Assembly (NCBI RefSeq): GCF_009914755.1
Contig: NC_060939.1
Length of the DNA: 64,000 nt
Origin: the human T2T-CHM13v2.0 reference genome, Homo sapiens
Reading direction: 5' to 3' (one strand)
In this document: piece after piece, positions 46,390 to 62,922 of the stretch
Position numbering within the stretch: the stretch's first letter is position 1
Layout of the letters: every line of letters starts with the position of its first letter
Program-made: the position numbers and the translations under genes
The notes under the pieces: model-generated
The model's input: the letters and a program-made list of their open reading frames with translations, nothing else
Told to the model about the DNA's origin: nothing
Database searches by the model: none

Positions 46390-48412
46390 GCACTTTCCTC
46401 TACTCTGCTCCCAGAATACTCTAGACAATTGTATCTGCTTTTTGCAGCAGATTTAAGGATTCTTCTCTGAAAAGACTGGAAATCCCAGAGAAAAGTCCTG
46501 CAGATACCAATGTTTTAGGGTTCCTGAACCAAAAAGTTAGTCACTTTCTGATTACCCTACTATAAGGCCCACAAGTTAACAAGCCCTGCACAGACACAAA
46601 GAATATGCAACCAGCTTTCTAGATCTCATTCTGAAATATGAATGGACAATCGAAAATCATCAGATGAGCCTCAACATGAAAAATAAAAATCAAAATCAAA
46701 ACAAGGAAAAAACTTGAAAAAATAGATGCAGAGTAAAGAAACTATAACTAATATCTTCAGAGAGAGATAAGTGAAGATATTATATCCATGGAACAGTAAT
46801 TTGAAAATCATAACCCATTCAGATGAACAGTAAAAGCCAATGTACTGGAATTATCTTCATTCTACCTGGCATTTGGGGATATCCAAGGACCTGTGCTTTT
46901 AACAAAGATGACTTTATGACTGTCTAAGGATTGAACAGATTCCTGTACAGGTTGCCTGGTTTCAAGTTATATTCTCTTAGTATAAGCTCTCTTTTCTGAA
47001 TGTAAACCTATTTGCATTGTTATTTCTAAAACTCCAGTAGGTTTCTGGATATTGTAAAGATACTGAGTACAGATACAATTGTGTAAATTTTATAGTGTTT
47101 AATTTTGAGGTAAGAGTTTTGTTACAGATTATAAAAGATATTTTCCTATTCAGACCTCAGGGCTATTTTGGGACCTACAAATAAATGTGATTCCCAGCAT
47201 CTTCAATTTTTGATATTCAAAAAGTTAATAATCTATAAGTTAAATATGTGACATTATTTAGCAAAAAGAATGTGCTTTCCTTTTAAATTTCTAACAAATT
47301 ATGTATCTAATGTTTAAAAATATGAAAAAAATGTGATAATGCAAAAATGTGGGAGAACTGTGGCTAAAGAACAAAAAATCACTTGCTAAATAAAAAAAGA
47401 AAACAAGGATAAATCAGAGTACATAAAAGAATTTTTAGGAAAAATAAAGTTTGGACAAAAAAGAAAAACTCAATAAAGTATCGGAATGTGAAGTTGAGGA
47501 TATTTTCCAGAAAGCAGGATTTTAAAAAGCTGAGATAGAAAAAAGAAAAGAAAACATTTAAAAAAAATTAAAGAATCACCTGGGAGGTCCAACATAAGAC
47601 TAATAGGAATTTTAGAAAGAGAAAATGACAATGTAGAATTTTTATTTTTTATTTTTTTAGACACATGGCCTCATTCTGTCACCCAAGCTAGAGTGCAGTG
47701 GTACAATCACAACTCACTGCAGCCTCGAACTCCTGGGCTCAAGTGATCTTCCTGTCTCAGCCTCCAAGTAACGAGGACTACAGGTGCATGCCACCATACC
47801 CAGCTATGTTCCTTTCTATTTTTCATAGAGACAGAGTCTCATTATGTTGCCCAGGCTGGTCTTGAACTCCTGGGCTCAAGCGATCCTCCTGCCTCAGCCT
47901 CTTGAAGTGCTGGGATTACAGATGTGAGCCACTGCACCAGGTCAAATTTTTTATTTTTAGTCCATAGACAGACACAAATTTCCAGAATGAAAGAGTCTAT
48001 TGTGTTACCTACAATTTTGAATGAAAATGGGAAAAAGGATTCATGAAGGAACGTAGTGAAATTTTCAATGCTTAAATTTCAAAAATAAATTAAACAAATG
48101 AACAATAGCAACAACCAAAACAGGCAACAGTCAAAGATTGTGAATAAGAAAGGCACAAAACTTTAAAAGCCAGAAAACAGTGAAGCAATGCATTAGAAAT
48201 TCTGAGGGAAAGTTATCTTCTATTCATGACTATGAAGCTTGAAGTAGATACTATAGAATAAAGGTGTTTTAGCCACATAATACTGGAGGATATTCTTCAT
48301 CACAATAAGAGGTTACACCAAGACAGAGGAAGGTGTGAGAATGGTTCCAGCACAGGAAATCCTAGAGAAAATACTCAGAGACATAGAAAATGCCTGTTCA
48401 TGGGAAATGCCT
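46390..48412 (+). mobile_element. HAL1/L1ME-like ancient LINE; host of the RLIM retrocopy, resuming at 53617-~54260
   Basis: atcttcagagagagataagtgaagatattatatccatg, ggaggtccaacataagactaataggaatt and aaagccagaaaacagtgaagcaatgc are HAL1/ORF1-like. Confidence 0.6.
47640..47943 (-). mobile_element. AluJ element
   Basis: cagcctcgaactcctgggctcaagtgatc in both arms; full dimer. Confidence 0.93.
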
Positions 48413-48616
48413 AAAGAAAACCAGTCAAGAGTTTTCCTGTCGCTGCTTGGTAACAATGGGGAAGATAATGGCTGCCTGAGCAACGTCTCAGAGCAGGCGC
48501 TAGGCTAGAGGCGGGTCTCAACCAGCTACTTATTGGAGGCGGGCTTGAGAGCTGCGGCCAGGGAGGTGCGGAGCAGCTTCGGAGGCAGCGGCCGAACCAA
48601 CCGAGTCGGACCCTGA

Positions 48617-50527
<1,911 letters not shown>

Positions 50528-51255
50528 TTAAGATCTGAACTCTTAGCTATGTAGCTGATATAGTGATGGGCAAACAGGAATCACTTGCTTTTATGTCCAC
50601 TTTTTGAGTGGTACTTAAATGTAAAGTAACAACCTGAATTGAGTCGTTGCTTTCTGAGGAAATCATTGTCCTTTCTCCAGTTTTTGTTCCAGAATAAAAG
50701 GAAATATTTTAAAAGCCACGTTTTAGGACATAAAAATCTGATTTCCATACCAGTTAAATTGGTAGCATCACTGTTACTGATAGTTTATCATATACACTTG
50801 TCAATTTTTCCTTTGTTATCTTAAAAGATCTGCCTTAGCAATGGCTCCTGTTTCATGTTGATCTTTAAATTTTCTCACGCCATACAGAGAGGGGTGAAGG
50901 AAATTACCAGTTTAGACTAAGTTACAGTATGTGTTTCATAAGTGATTAAAGCTATACCATTCCCAGTTATTAGCTGACACAAATTCAGCCACATTCTGAA
51001 TATTTTTTGTTCACCTTTCAGACTTTGTAATACTGGACATGTCAGTGTAAATAACACTAAGGTTAGGATCTTCTAAGTGTATAACTGTCGCCTAAGCCCA
51101 TCACTGTGGCACACTGTAGAGTGAGCTTATAGTTTGAGGTATTTATCTTGTGGAAATATTAAAAAGCCTATACTTGTGTAAGTGAAAAAAATCACATTCA
51201 TTTGTTTAAAAATGTAAAGCTATTTTGTAGAGGCTCAGTACTTTTCCAATGCATT

Positions 51256-52399
<1,144 letters not shown>

Positions 52400-54388
52400 C
52401 TATAAGATTTAATGTATGTGAACAGCTACTGTGACAGGCAAAGGAAACGACAGTGCAGAATCAAACTGTGTTGAAGACCAGTGGCAACTGCATAATTTAA
52501 CTTGGATTTAGGCGGAAATGAAAGATGGGAGGAGTAAAGAAAACTGCTCTGAAGAATTTAAAGTTTTCCTGAAGACAGTAATAATGCAGACACAAACTGC
52601 TTTCATATCATGAGAGCAGCCACAGCAGCAGCTTGACCTGGTATTCTACCTGAGTAGATGAAGCAGAAGATCGGCAAGTTTGGCAGAGTTTTGGTTTAAG
52701 AAAAACAAACCACTACCACCTAGCACAAGTTAAATTGATGTTTTTACAAGTCTGCTCCTCAAAAATGAAAAGATGGACGAAAGAGACCATAAAACCACTT
52801 TTAGCATATGAATTGCAGTTGGTACACATGTGTGTGTTAATAGGAAAGTCTCGAATTTGTGTTGTTTTTGAGATTTGACATTTAAGGTACCAGTGCACAC
52901 TTGATAATATTTCGTTACTATCTCTAACACAGACCTAACATCTCGAATTTAAAGACCAGTTGAAGATTAAGGGATTTTTATCCTTTGTCGAAAGTGAGTC
53001 ATGTTGGGTTATTTGAAATTCAAATTTTAATTGTGCTGCCCATATATGAAAATGAGACCTGCTGATTCGCTATCTATGGACATGAACTTTATGTTGGTTT
53101 CTTAGTAGTAAGAGTAATTTCATGATAACCCCAGTCCTCTTGCCTAATTTCTTTTTTGAGGCTAGTTGGGGTTAGGATTAGAATGACTATGCAGCAGATA
53201 TTTGTTCTTCTGGGAAAAGCTTTAACAGGCCAAAACAGGGATTGAACTTGTCCTTGGCCTTTATAAAAGCAAGCTAGCTACCCAGACATAGTCAAATACT
53301 CTACAAAATAAGCAAGTCTGCTTTAGGAATTGTCTGGCTACCTTCACTGTTATCAGCTTAGCTGTAAAGCTTATTTCAAAGCTCACTCTTTCATGATTTC
53401 TCCTGGCTTTCAATCCTACCTAAGTATCACGGAAATTAACTTGTAAATATGGTAGTTGTTTACTAAGGATATGTACTGCTCTTGCAAGGGAATAATGTCC
53501 AAACAAAGCTTCACTTATTTTTTTTTTTAATATAAGCAGATTTCACTGTTATGGCGCTAATGTAACACATTTTACCTTTTTTTAAAAAAAATAAGATAAA
53601 AGAAAACCAGTCAAGATTAAAACAAAAGAACTCCTGGATGGAGACCTGTGTAAACAAACAAACAAACTAATGCATCTGGCTATGTGAAAAATAGAATGAA
53701 AATGAGGTTTTTTTTCCATATCTGTCATTATATTTAGAGAAAATTATGCATCTATTTTATACTGGTACATAGAAAACTAAGCAAATAAAAGAATGAAGTA
53801 ATAATAAAGAAAAACAAAATTTGTATAAAAAGAAACTATTTTAGTACTCTACCTGCCTAATAGTGAAGAATATTTACATAGACATTATAACACAAATGTA
53901 AAATATTTATTTAACAAACATGGTGCTATTAAATTGATAATACCAATTATTACATGGATAAATTGGAATAAAAGGGTGTAAGGTATGGAAGAGAAGTAGG
54001 GAGAACAGAAAAATTCTCATCTGCAATAACATGATGGCAAGAGATTATATCTAAAATAGGTAAATATAAAGATGAGTATAGACACAATAGTTACAAATAT
54101 GAAGATAGATTTCAGAAGAGAAAGCTAAGAAACAATACTGAGACATGAGTAAGGGTATAGCTTGGGACTACATTTTTCCTTGATAAGCCTCATGGCACTG
54201 TTTAACCTTTTAAACTATGCATTTATTGTTTTTATAAAAATAAAAATGAATTTTAGATAGACTAAAATTATCACTAATCTCCACTACTATAATGTTGATA
54301 GGAAACTTCCTAATGTACCTTCTTTGTTGGGTCACAATACCTACTAATAACTCTTTCATTACTTATAAGATAGAGATCCCTAGACACT

Positions 54389-54945
54389 TGTATCAGTTAG
54401 CTATTGCTAGGTAACAAACTTCCCCCAAAATTTAGTGGCATAAAGCAATGAGTATCTATTATTGCTCATAAGTTGATGGGTCAGCTGGATACTTTTCATT
54501 TCCTTAGGGCTCACTCATCTATCTGATATTAGCTGTGGGTCAGTTAGGCATCTCTGCTGCTATAGGCAAGGTTCTCTCACATGTTTGGGGATTGCAGGTT
54601 CTTCACTGCTCTAGGATGGAATTGGCTAGAACAACCATGTGGCTCTCTGCCATATGGTCTCTTATCCTCCAACATGTTAGCTGGACTCATTCACCTGGCA
54701 GCTTTCCAGGGTTCCAAGATAGCGAAAAGGGGTTCAAAGACTCTTGAGTCTAGGCTCAAGATTGGCAGTCCGTTACTTCTGCCTCATTCTGTCAGTCGGT
54801 GCAATTAGTAGGCAAACCCAGATTCAAAGAGTAAGGGAATAGATTCCATCTGTTCATGAGAGGAGCTGTAGTCATATTGAAATGGGTATGGATATGGGAA
54901 AGGACAGAGAATTGTGACCATTTTTGCACTTAGTCTCCTTTACCA
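54389..54945 (-). mobile_element. MLT1 (MaLR) solo LTR
   Basis: tgtatcagttagctattgctaggtaacaaac...ccccaaaatttagtggc...gaattgtgaccatttttgca. Confidence 0.8.
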
Positions 54946-55394
54946 CTCAAAGAAAGTCCCACTTCCCTTCCTACAAGGCTTTTCCCAAGTTCATACACAT
55001 ACATGCCTCTATGTCCTTGCTTTACCCAAAAGGCTTTTCCTGCCTTCTACATGACATTCAAAACTCCTTCCATCCATTCAGACTATAGGTCAAGTTTCTT
55101 TTCTCCTTTTAAGCCTTTCCTGGCCTTTCTAAGCCTTTTGTGATCTCCTATATTGTCAGTATCATTCATTTGCCATTTGATAATTTATTGCTACCATGGA
55201 GATATCTTAGCCTTGAACTAGGCCATACCTTCCTTAATGACAGGAATTGTGTCTTATGATGTTTTGACAAATACTACCATCTGCCCAGAAGACTGTCCAT
55301 AAAGAAGGAATGAATGAGTAGACAATCAGACTACCTCCTCTAACTTGAGACAAACTATCTGCCTACATAAAACTGGAAGAGCAGATAATTGGAA

Positions 55395-55545
55395 GCTATA
55401 AAGAGATAATGCAAGGGAGTTTTGGGGGAGATGAAACTGATCTGTATCCTGATTATGGTCATGGTAACACAAATCAACATGTTAAGATTCATAGAATTGT
55501 ATACCAAAAGGAAAAAAAAAAGTAAATTTTACTCTATGATGATGA
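55395..55545 (+). mobile_element. L1MC/MD 3'UTR fragment
   Basis: ttttgggggagatgaaactgatctgtatcctgattatgg...attcatagaattgtatacc. Confidence 0.6.
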
Positions 55546-56892
55546 AGAAAAAGCCTCTTAACTCTATAAAATCATGAATCCAGTGTGTGTAAATTGAGCA
55601 ATTTCCTGGAATCCAAAAAATAAATAAGTAAACAGAAGACAGAAAGAAGAAAGGAAGCAAGCTACTTCCTATTTTAGCATCAAAAAGTACAAATCACTAC
55701 ATACAGAGTCACTGAATCTCCTTGTGAACTAAAATTATGGATGCTGCTCAATCCTCTTCTGCTGAAATTGTCCTACCTGTATCCATTATGTTGGAAAATG
55801 CCCTTGCCCTGGCTGGACTCACCTCTGTTTGGGCTACGTGGAAAGAGGGCTGACTGGAAGGTGTACTGAGAGACAGTGCTTCTCCCCAGCATTAGGACAG
55901 AGATGTCAAGAGGCATTCCCACCCCTCTTATATTCCTTTCCTGCTGCATGAGTATCTTGGCCTAAGGCACATATCAGGGGCCAGATATTAGGCATCCAAC
56001 ATTCCTTTTATTGATTATTATGAGGAGTTGAGTGCCAGTATTCAGAGAAATTCGCCCTCTCACCCTCCACTGGCTTCCCTTCAGGACAGAGAGAACCTAT
56101 TACCATGTCTCCCAAACACCCTTGCCAATCTGCTTTTAAAACCTCCTCTCTCGCCCATCTGTATTTGATCTGCAGTATATTTTGTTGTTTGTTTTCTGGT
56201 AAAATATTTTAAAGCTTAGATATTTGTTCTTTAGGTGCTCCTTTGTGAGTTTCATTAATTCTTCCTATAAAGATATCATATTTTCTATAATGAGAAATTT
56301 GTGCCTGGATTGTGTGGTCACCATAAAAGCTTCTGACAACTTTTCTTTTCCAATGTAAATGCAGTCTGTCAGCTGCTGAATGGTTTAAAATTCTCATGAC
56401 TAGTAACAAGACCATCCAAATCATCTGCACTCCATAAAATTAGGATTCTCCACAGCCCTGGTCAGTCTGGAGAATTGGGACTATCTCAGGCCTTCTTTTT
56501 CTCTATTGCCCCAGAATTTAAAAGAGACATCATCAGTTTAGTTTAACCCTACATTTTGAGGTATCTAAAAATAGTTGTAAAAATCTGATGATAGTTAAAA
56601 TGTTTTCAAAGTTTAAAATGTTTTACATGTCTTACGTCTTTTGATTCCTGTGTTGAGATAAATTATTATTTTGACAGCAAAAAAAATCAATCCATATTGT
56701 TAGGGAAAAAAAAGAAGAAAGGAGGTGGATAGCAAATGAACTGTGTTTGTTGTTTGAGTTGCCCATGCTGAAGACGCATATTAAACAAAACAAAATTAGT
56801 AAAAACCAGAAGAGAGAACAAACAGTAACTTCAGCTGTGAAGCTGTTGATCCTTATCTCTCCTGTCAAATTCTGGGCAAGAAAACCACATAG

Positions 56893-57238
<346 letters not shown>

Positions 57239-57782
57239 CACCTCTGTGCTTTCTTAAAGACAACCCTGGTGTGTAAAAATTGTGTACACATATGACTTTC
57301 TCTCTGAATATTGCACAACATCACCTGGTAAACTCCCTGTAATTCCTCAGCATTTTATTGACCTCTTTGTATCCTCCTCTTTTCATCTCTCTCCCTGACC
57401 CTTCAGTAGTCTATCAGTTCAGAATATCTCAGTATGGTGTGTCTGTGTTCCCAGCTGGATGTAGAAAATTTATCTCAACCATACAAGGATTTTTAAACAA
57501 AGTGAATAAAGCATCATCTCAAGATTTTTCGCCTGCATGAGCTTATTCCAAGGCTCTATTTCTAATTTTGTATTTGTATTATTTTTCTTGCGATTCCTCC
57601 CCTAAATTGTACAAGATCCAGATCCCAAAAAGCCCACATATGCCCTTGGTCTCCACTCACCCCTGGACCCTTTCTTACCCAATACTCCATTAAAAATCGA
57701 AATATGATTAAAGAAGTACCAAACTTGCTTGTCTTTGAGTCTATCAAATGGACAATTCATCAAAACAGTTTTTAAAGGCATC

Positions 57783-59939
57783 TGTATTATTCTCTTTTCA
57801 TGCTGCTGATAAACACATACCCAAGACTGGGCAATTTACAAAAGAAGTTTATTGGACTTACAGTTCCACGTGGCTGGGAAGGCCTCACAATCATGGCAGA
57901 AGGTGAAAGGCACATCTCGCATGGCAGCAGACAAGAGAAAAGAGAGTTTGTGCAGGGAAACTCCCATTTTTAAAACCATCAGATCTTGTGAGACTCATTT
58001 GCTATCACAAGAATAGCACAGGAAAGACCCACCCCAGTAATTCAATCACCTTTCACCTGGTTCCTCCCATGACATGTGGGAATTGTGGGAGTTACAATTC
58101 AAGATGAAATTTGGGTGGGAACACAGCCAAACCATATCATTCCACCACTGGCCCCTCCCAAATCTCATGTCCTCACATTTCAAAACCAATCATGCCTTCC
58201 CAACAGTTCCCGAAAATCTTAACTCATTTCAGCATTAACTCAAATGTCCACAGTCCAAAGTCTCATCTGAGACTAGGCAAGTCTTCCACCTATGATCCTG
58301 TAAAATCAAAAGCAAGTTAATTACTTCCTAGATACAATGGAGGTACAGGCATTGGGTAAATACAGCTGTTCCAAATGGGATAAATTTGCCAAAACAAGGG
58401 GCTACAGCCCCTCTGCAAGTCCAAAATCCAGCAGGGCAGTTGAATCTGAAAGTTCCAAAATGATCTCTTTTTAACTCCATGCCTCATGCTGATGCAAGAG
58501 GTGGGTTCCCAGGGTCTTGGGTAACTCCACCCTCATGGCTTTGCGGGGTACAGCCCCCTTCCTGGCTGCTTTAATGAGCTGGCATTGAGTGTCTGTGGCT
58601 TTTCCAGGTGCACGGTGCAAGCTGTCAGTGGATCTACCATTCTGGGGTCTGGAGAACAGTGGTCCTCTTCTCACAGCTCCACTAGGTGGTGTCCCAGTAG
58701 GGACTCTGTGTAGGAGCTCCGACCCCACATTTCCCTTCTGTACTGCCCTAGCAGCGGTTCTCCATGAGGGTCCCACCCCTGCAGCAAATTTCTGCCTGGC
58801 CATCCAGGCATTTTCATATATCCTCTGAAATTTAAGCAGAGGTTCCCAAACCTCAATTCTTGACTTCTGTGCACTCGCAGGCTCAACACCACATGGAAGC
58901 TACCAAGGCTTGAGGCTTGCACCCTCTGAAGCTATGGCCCAGGTCTCTGGGCCTGTGATGGGAGAGGCTGCTGTGAAGACCTCTGACATGCCCTGGAAAC
59001 ATTTTCCTCATTGTCTTGGGGATTAACATTTGGGTCTTTGCTACTTATGCAAATTTTTGCATCCATCTTGAATTTCTCGTCAGAAAATGGGATTTTCTTT
59101 TCTGTTGTGTTGTCTGGCTGCAAATTTTCCAAACTTTTATATTCTGTTTCTCTTATAAAACTGAATGCCTTTAACAGCACCCAAGTCACTTCTTGAATGC
59201 TTTGCTGCTTAGAAATTTCTTCCACCAGATACCCTAAATTATCTCTCTCAAGTTCAAAGTTCCACAAATCTCTAGGGCAGGGGCAAAATGCTGCCAGTCT
59301 CTTCACTAGGACACGACAAGAGTCACCATTGCTCCAGTTCCCAACAAGTTCCTCAGCTCTATCTGAAACCACTTCAGCCTGGATTTCACTGTCCATATCA
59401 TTATCAGCATTTTGGTCAAAGCCATTCAACAAGTCTCTGGGCAATTCCAAACTTTCCCACATTTTCCTGTCTTCTTCTGAGCCCTCCAAACTGTTCCAAC
59501 CTCTGCCTGTTACCCAGTTCCAAAGTCACTTCCACATTTTTGGGTATCTTTTCAGCAGCACCCCACTCTACTGGTACCAATTTACTATATTAGTCCATTT
59601 TCACACTGCTAATTAATAAAGACATACCTGAGACTGGGCAATTTACCAAAGAGGTTTACTGGACTTACAGTTCCACATGGCCGGGGAGGCCTCACAATCA
59701 TGGCAAAAGGTGAAAGGCACATCTCACATGGCAGCAGACAAGAGAAGAGAGCGCTTGTGCAGGGAAACTCCTGTTTTTAAAACCATCAGATCTCATGAGA
59801 CTCATTCACCATCAGAAGAACAGGTCAGGAAAGACCGGCTCCCATAATTCAATCACCTCCCAGCAGGTTCCTCCCATGACACATGAGAATTGTGAGAGTT
59901 ACAATTCAAGATGAATGAGAATGCAGCCAAACCATATAA
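57783..59939 (-). mobile_element. Complete THE1 (THE1B-like) MaLR provirus: LTR 57783-58139, internal 58140-59585, LTR 59586-59939
   Basis: Two homologous ~355-bp LTRs. THE1-int ORF 58932..59489 (EGSEEDRKMWESLELPRDLLNGFDQNAD). TSD gcatc vs gcata (4 of 5 match). Confidence 0.93.
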
Positions 59940-60341
59940 GCATATTTTCTTTCTTCCTGAGTTCTTCTTTCATATTTATATGTGCCATCATGTTTTCTTA
60001 TAAATTGAAAAAAATTTATCCCTTTTGCTTCTCCCTGTCACTTCATCATCTTCAATGTAGAGAGTTAAGTCATGCCAGTGAACAGTTGTTAGCCTTCCTC
60101 CATGAAGCAAAAGACCTTCAGTCTCCAAATGGAAGACTAAAAATGCAGGGAGGCTGAATTTAAGATAAATGCTTTTGCAGCCCCAAAATAGCTGGACACT
60201 TTCTGCGATGTCTCATGTCTTCTTTATTTTCTTAGGACTAAGGTTCCAAAGTCATTGGTAATGAACATAAAGCAATCATCTTAAGATTAGTTTTTCTGCT
60301 CAGTAGAGAAGGCACTATATAACTAGTTTTGTGATGACTTT

Positions 60342-60652
<311 letters not shown>

Positions 60653-61019
60653 TAATTAAAAGGTGAGTTTTCATGCACCTGAATGAGTGATACATGGGCA
60701 GGAAACTAAAATAATAGAGCTGAGAGTCCTGTCCCCCACCACTAACTTCCCATCCTCGGTTTGATAATCAGAATGACCTGAGCTCAGGGCTAAGCCTGTA
60801 ACTTCCTGCATCAGATAGTCTAGGGGCAGGATAGAGAGTCAAGTAAAGGGAGCAGATCCTGAGAGCTGTGTGTGTTCACCCGAGCAGCCCAAGTCCTCTC
60901 TTTAGCTTGAAAAACATGAAATCAAATTTCCATCTAATCCTCCCCATCTTAAAGCTTTTACTTGGCCTTCTGCTTTTCACTCCAAGCTTTGTTTTAGCAG
61001 CTTCAGATACAACCACAGA

Positions 61020-61245
61020 AGAGTCAGTGGTTAGGAGCACAAGAGCACAAAAGTTAGGCCAGGCAGTTCTGGGAATGTACATCATGTCTTGCTTCTCTCA
61101 TTCGTTCTGACCTTGGGTTAACCATTTTCAGCTTTAGTTTCCTTGTGTATAGAATGGGGCTAGAATTAATGTTGTTAGAAACTAAATGAGATGTCTGTAA
61201 AGTCCTTAGCAAATATAAGCATTCAATAAATATTAGCTATTGTGA
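61020..61245. mobile_element. MIR fragment
   Basis: tgaccttgggttaacc...tttagtttccttgtgtatagaatgggg...cattcaataaatattagct. Confidence 0.7.
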
Positions 61246-62716
61246 GTGCCATAATTATCTTTCTGCAGTCTCCTAAACAAAGTGAATCATCAGGTATTTG
61301 ATAGATAAGAGCCAAGTGATATAATACCAGAGAGGATAGAAAGACATGCTTATTGCCCACTCACTGTATCCTTTTCCTCGGCCAGAAGCCCTGAGATGGG
61401 TGTGAAGGAGCAGGAAATAGAAAGAGAAGGAAATACATAGAAGATCAAGTATATTAAAAAAATATGAATCCTGAAAATCCAGAATGATCTAGGGACAGAG
61501 TTTGAATTGCTGATGACCATTAGAGGAGGATCCTTGATCTATCCTTAGTATTCCTTTCAACCTCAGGAGGGTTTCTTCCTCCAGATGAGTTTGGTGAACC
61601 TTGAAGTCTAGAGAGGGCAGCAGAGAAAAATGTCAGCAGAGAAAACTGGAGTCTCAAGCAAAAATTCTTCTTCCTATTGGCAGAAGAGTTCTGGTTAACT
61701 AGTCAAGTTACATATAAATCCACTTATTCAAACTAGCAGGCTTATGACATTTTAAACATAGAGATTATTAGTCTATTTCATAAAAGAAAAATTGTGAACC
61801 TTCTTATTAAATGCAATATAAGTACCACAAGCTCTTAAGGCTAGAAAGCAATTTAAACACCATTCAGTTCAATCCCAATGTCAGATGATATAACTCAAGT
61901 TCAGAAAGGCCAAATGACTTGTTCATGGTCACATTGCAAGTTTGACCAGATAGCAAATATAAAATCAGCTGGGATAGACAAACAATTGGCTTGGCTTTTA
62001 ACTTACTATCCCAAAGCTCATCAGTCAAATTGGTTTATAAACATACATACAGGTTAAGAAATACCCATATGAAAATGGAAAAAAAAATAAAAAGATTTGG
62101 TTTATATTTACACTGCTTTTTCTTCTTTAAAGGATACTGTTTGTAAAGATTTGTTGACTCACAAGCCACAAACTTGAAGAGAAGGTAGTTTCACTTGTAT
62201 ACTTTTTCCTCCTCAAATTTTTTTATTTGAAAATAAAAATAATGGTCAAATTAAAAAAATGGGAAAATAAAAAAGTGGGCAAATAATGTGATAGAATAAG
62301 GATTATTAATATCTTACTATTCCCAGACCTCAGTTCCCCCTTCCCTGTCCATCAAAGGGTAGCCCATCTCTCCCCACCAAACCTGCAGTCAGATCATAAA
62401 TAGGACTCTTTCCTACTAGGAGACTTAGTCAATCTAATAAAACAAACAAACAAAAAACACTGGGATAATTAGAGGAGGAAGAAGAAATGGGAGAGAAAAC
62501 CTTAGTGGGCTGGGTGGAGGAGGATGAATATTAACAGAATGTTTGGGAAATGTGTTTTAAACTATGTGTTTCAATCTCCTTCAATACCCTCCAATAGAAT
62601 TCCTTTCCAATTCCTTTTTTGCTCTTAAATTACGCTTCTTACAAAATACACTGCCGTAAAATGAACCTCCTCTAGAAACCCTTCTCCTGGGCATCTAGGT
62701 TTATAAGGGTTACAAG

Positions 62717-62922
62717 CAGTGGTGCACTAGAGACAGCTTGTACTGGCTTAGAGAACAAATTCTGTGCATCTCTTCCCAATACTATTCAGTGATCTCATAC
62801 TGGTAGTTTGAAATTGGCCATGGTGGGAGTATTTACACCATAGAAATTGGCAAACATTACAAATCAGAGCTTGTTTTTTTTTTCCCCCTCTCCCAGAGAG
62901 CTGGTTTACCAGCACACCACTG
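62717..62922. mobile_element. MER63A-like hAT-Blackjack MITE
   Basis: Terminal inverted repeats cagtggtg... and ...caccactg. Core gaaattggccatggtgggagtatttacaccat. Confidence 0.85.
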
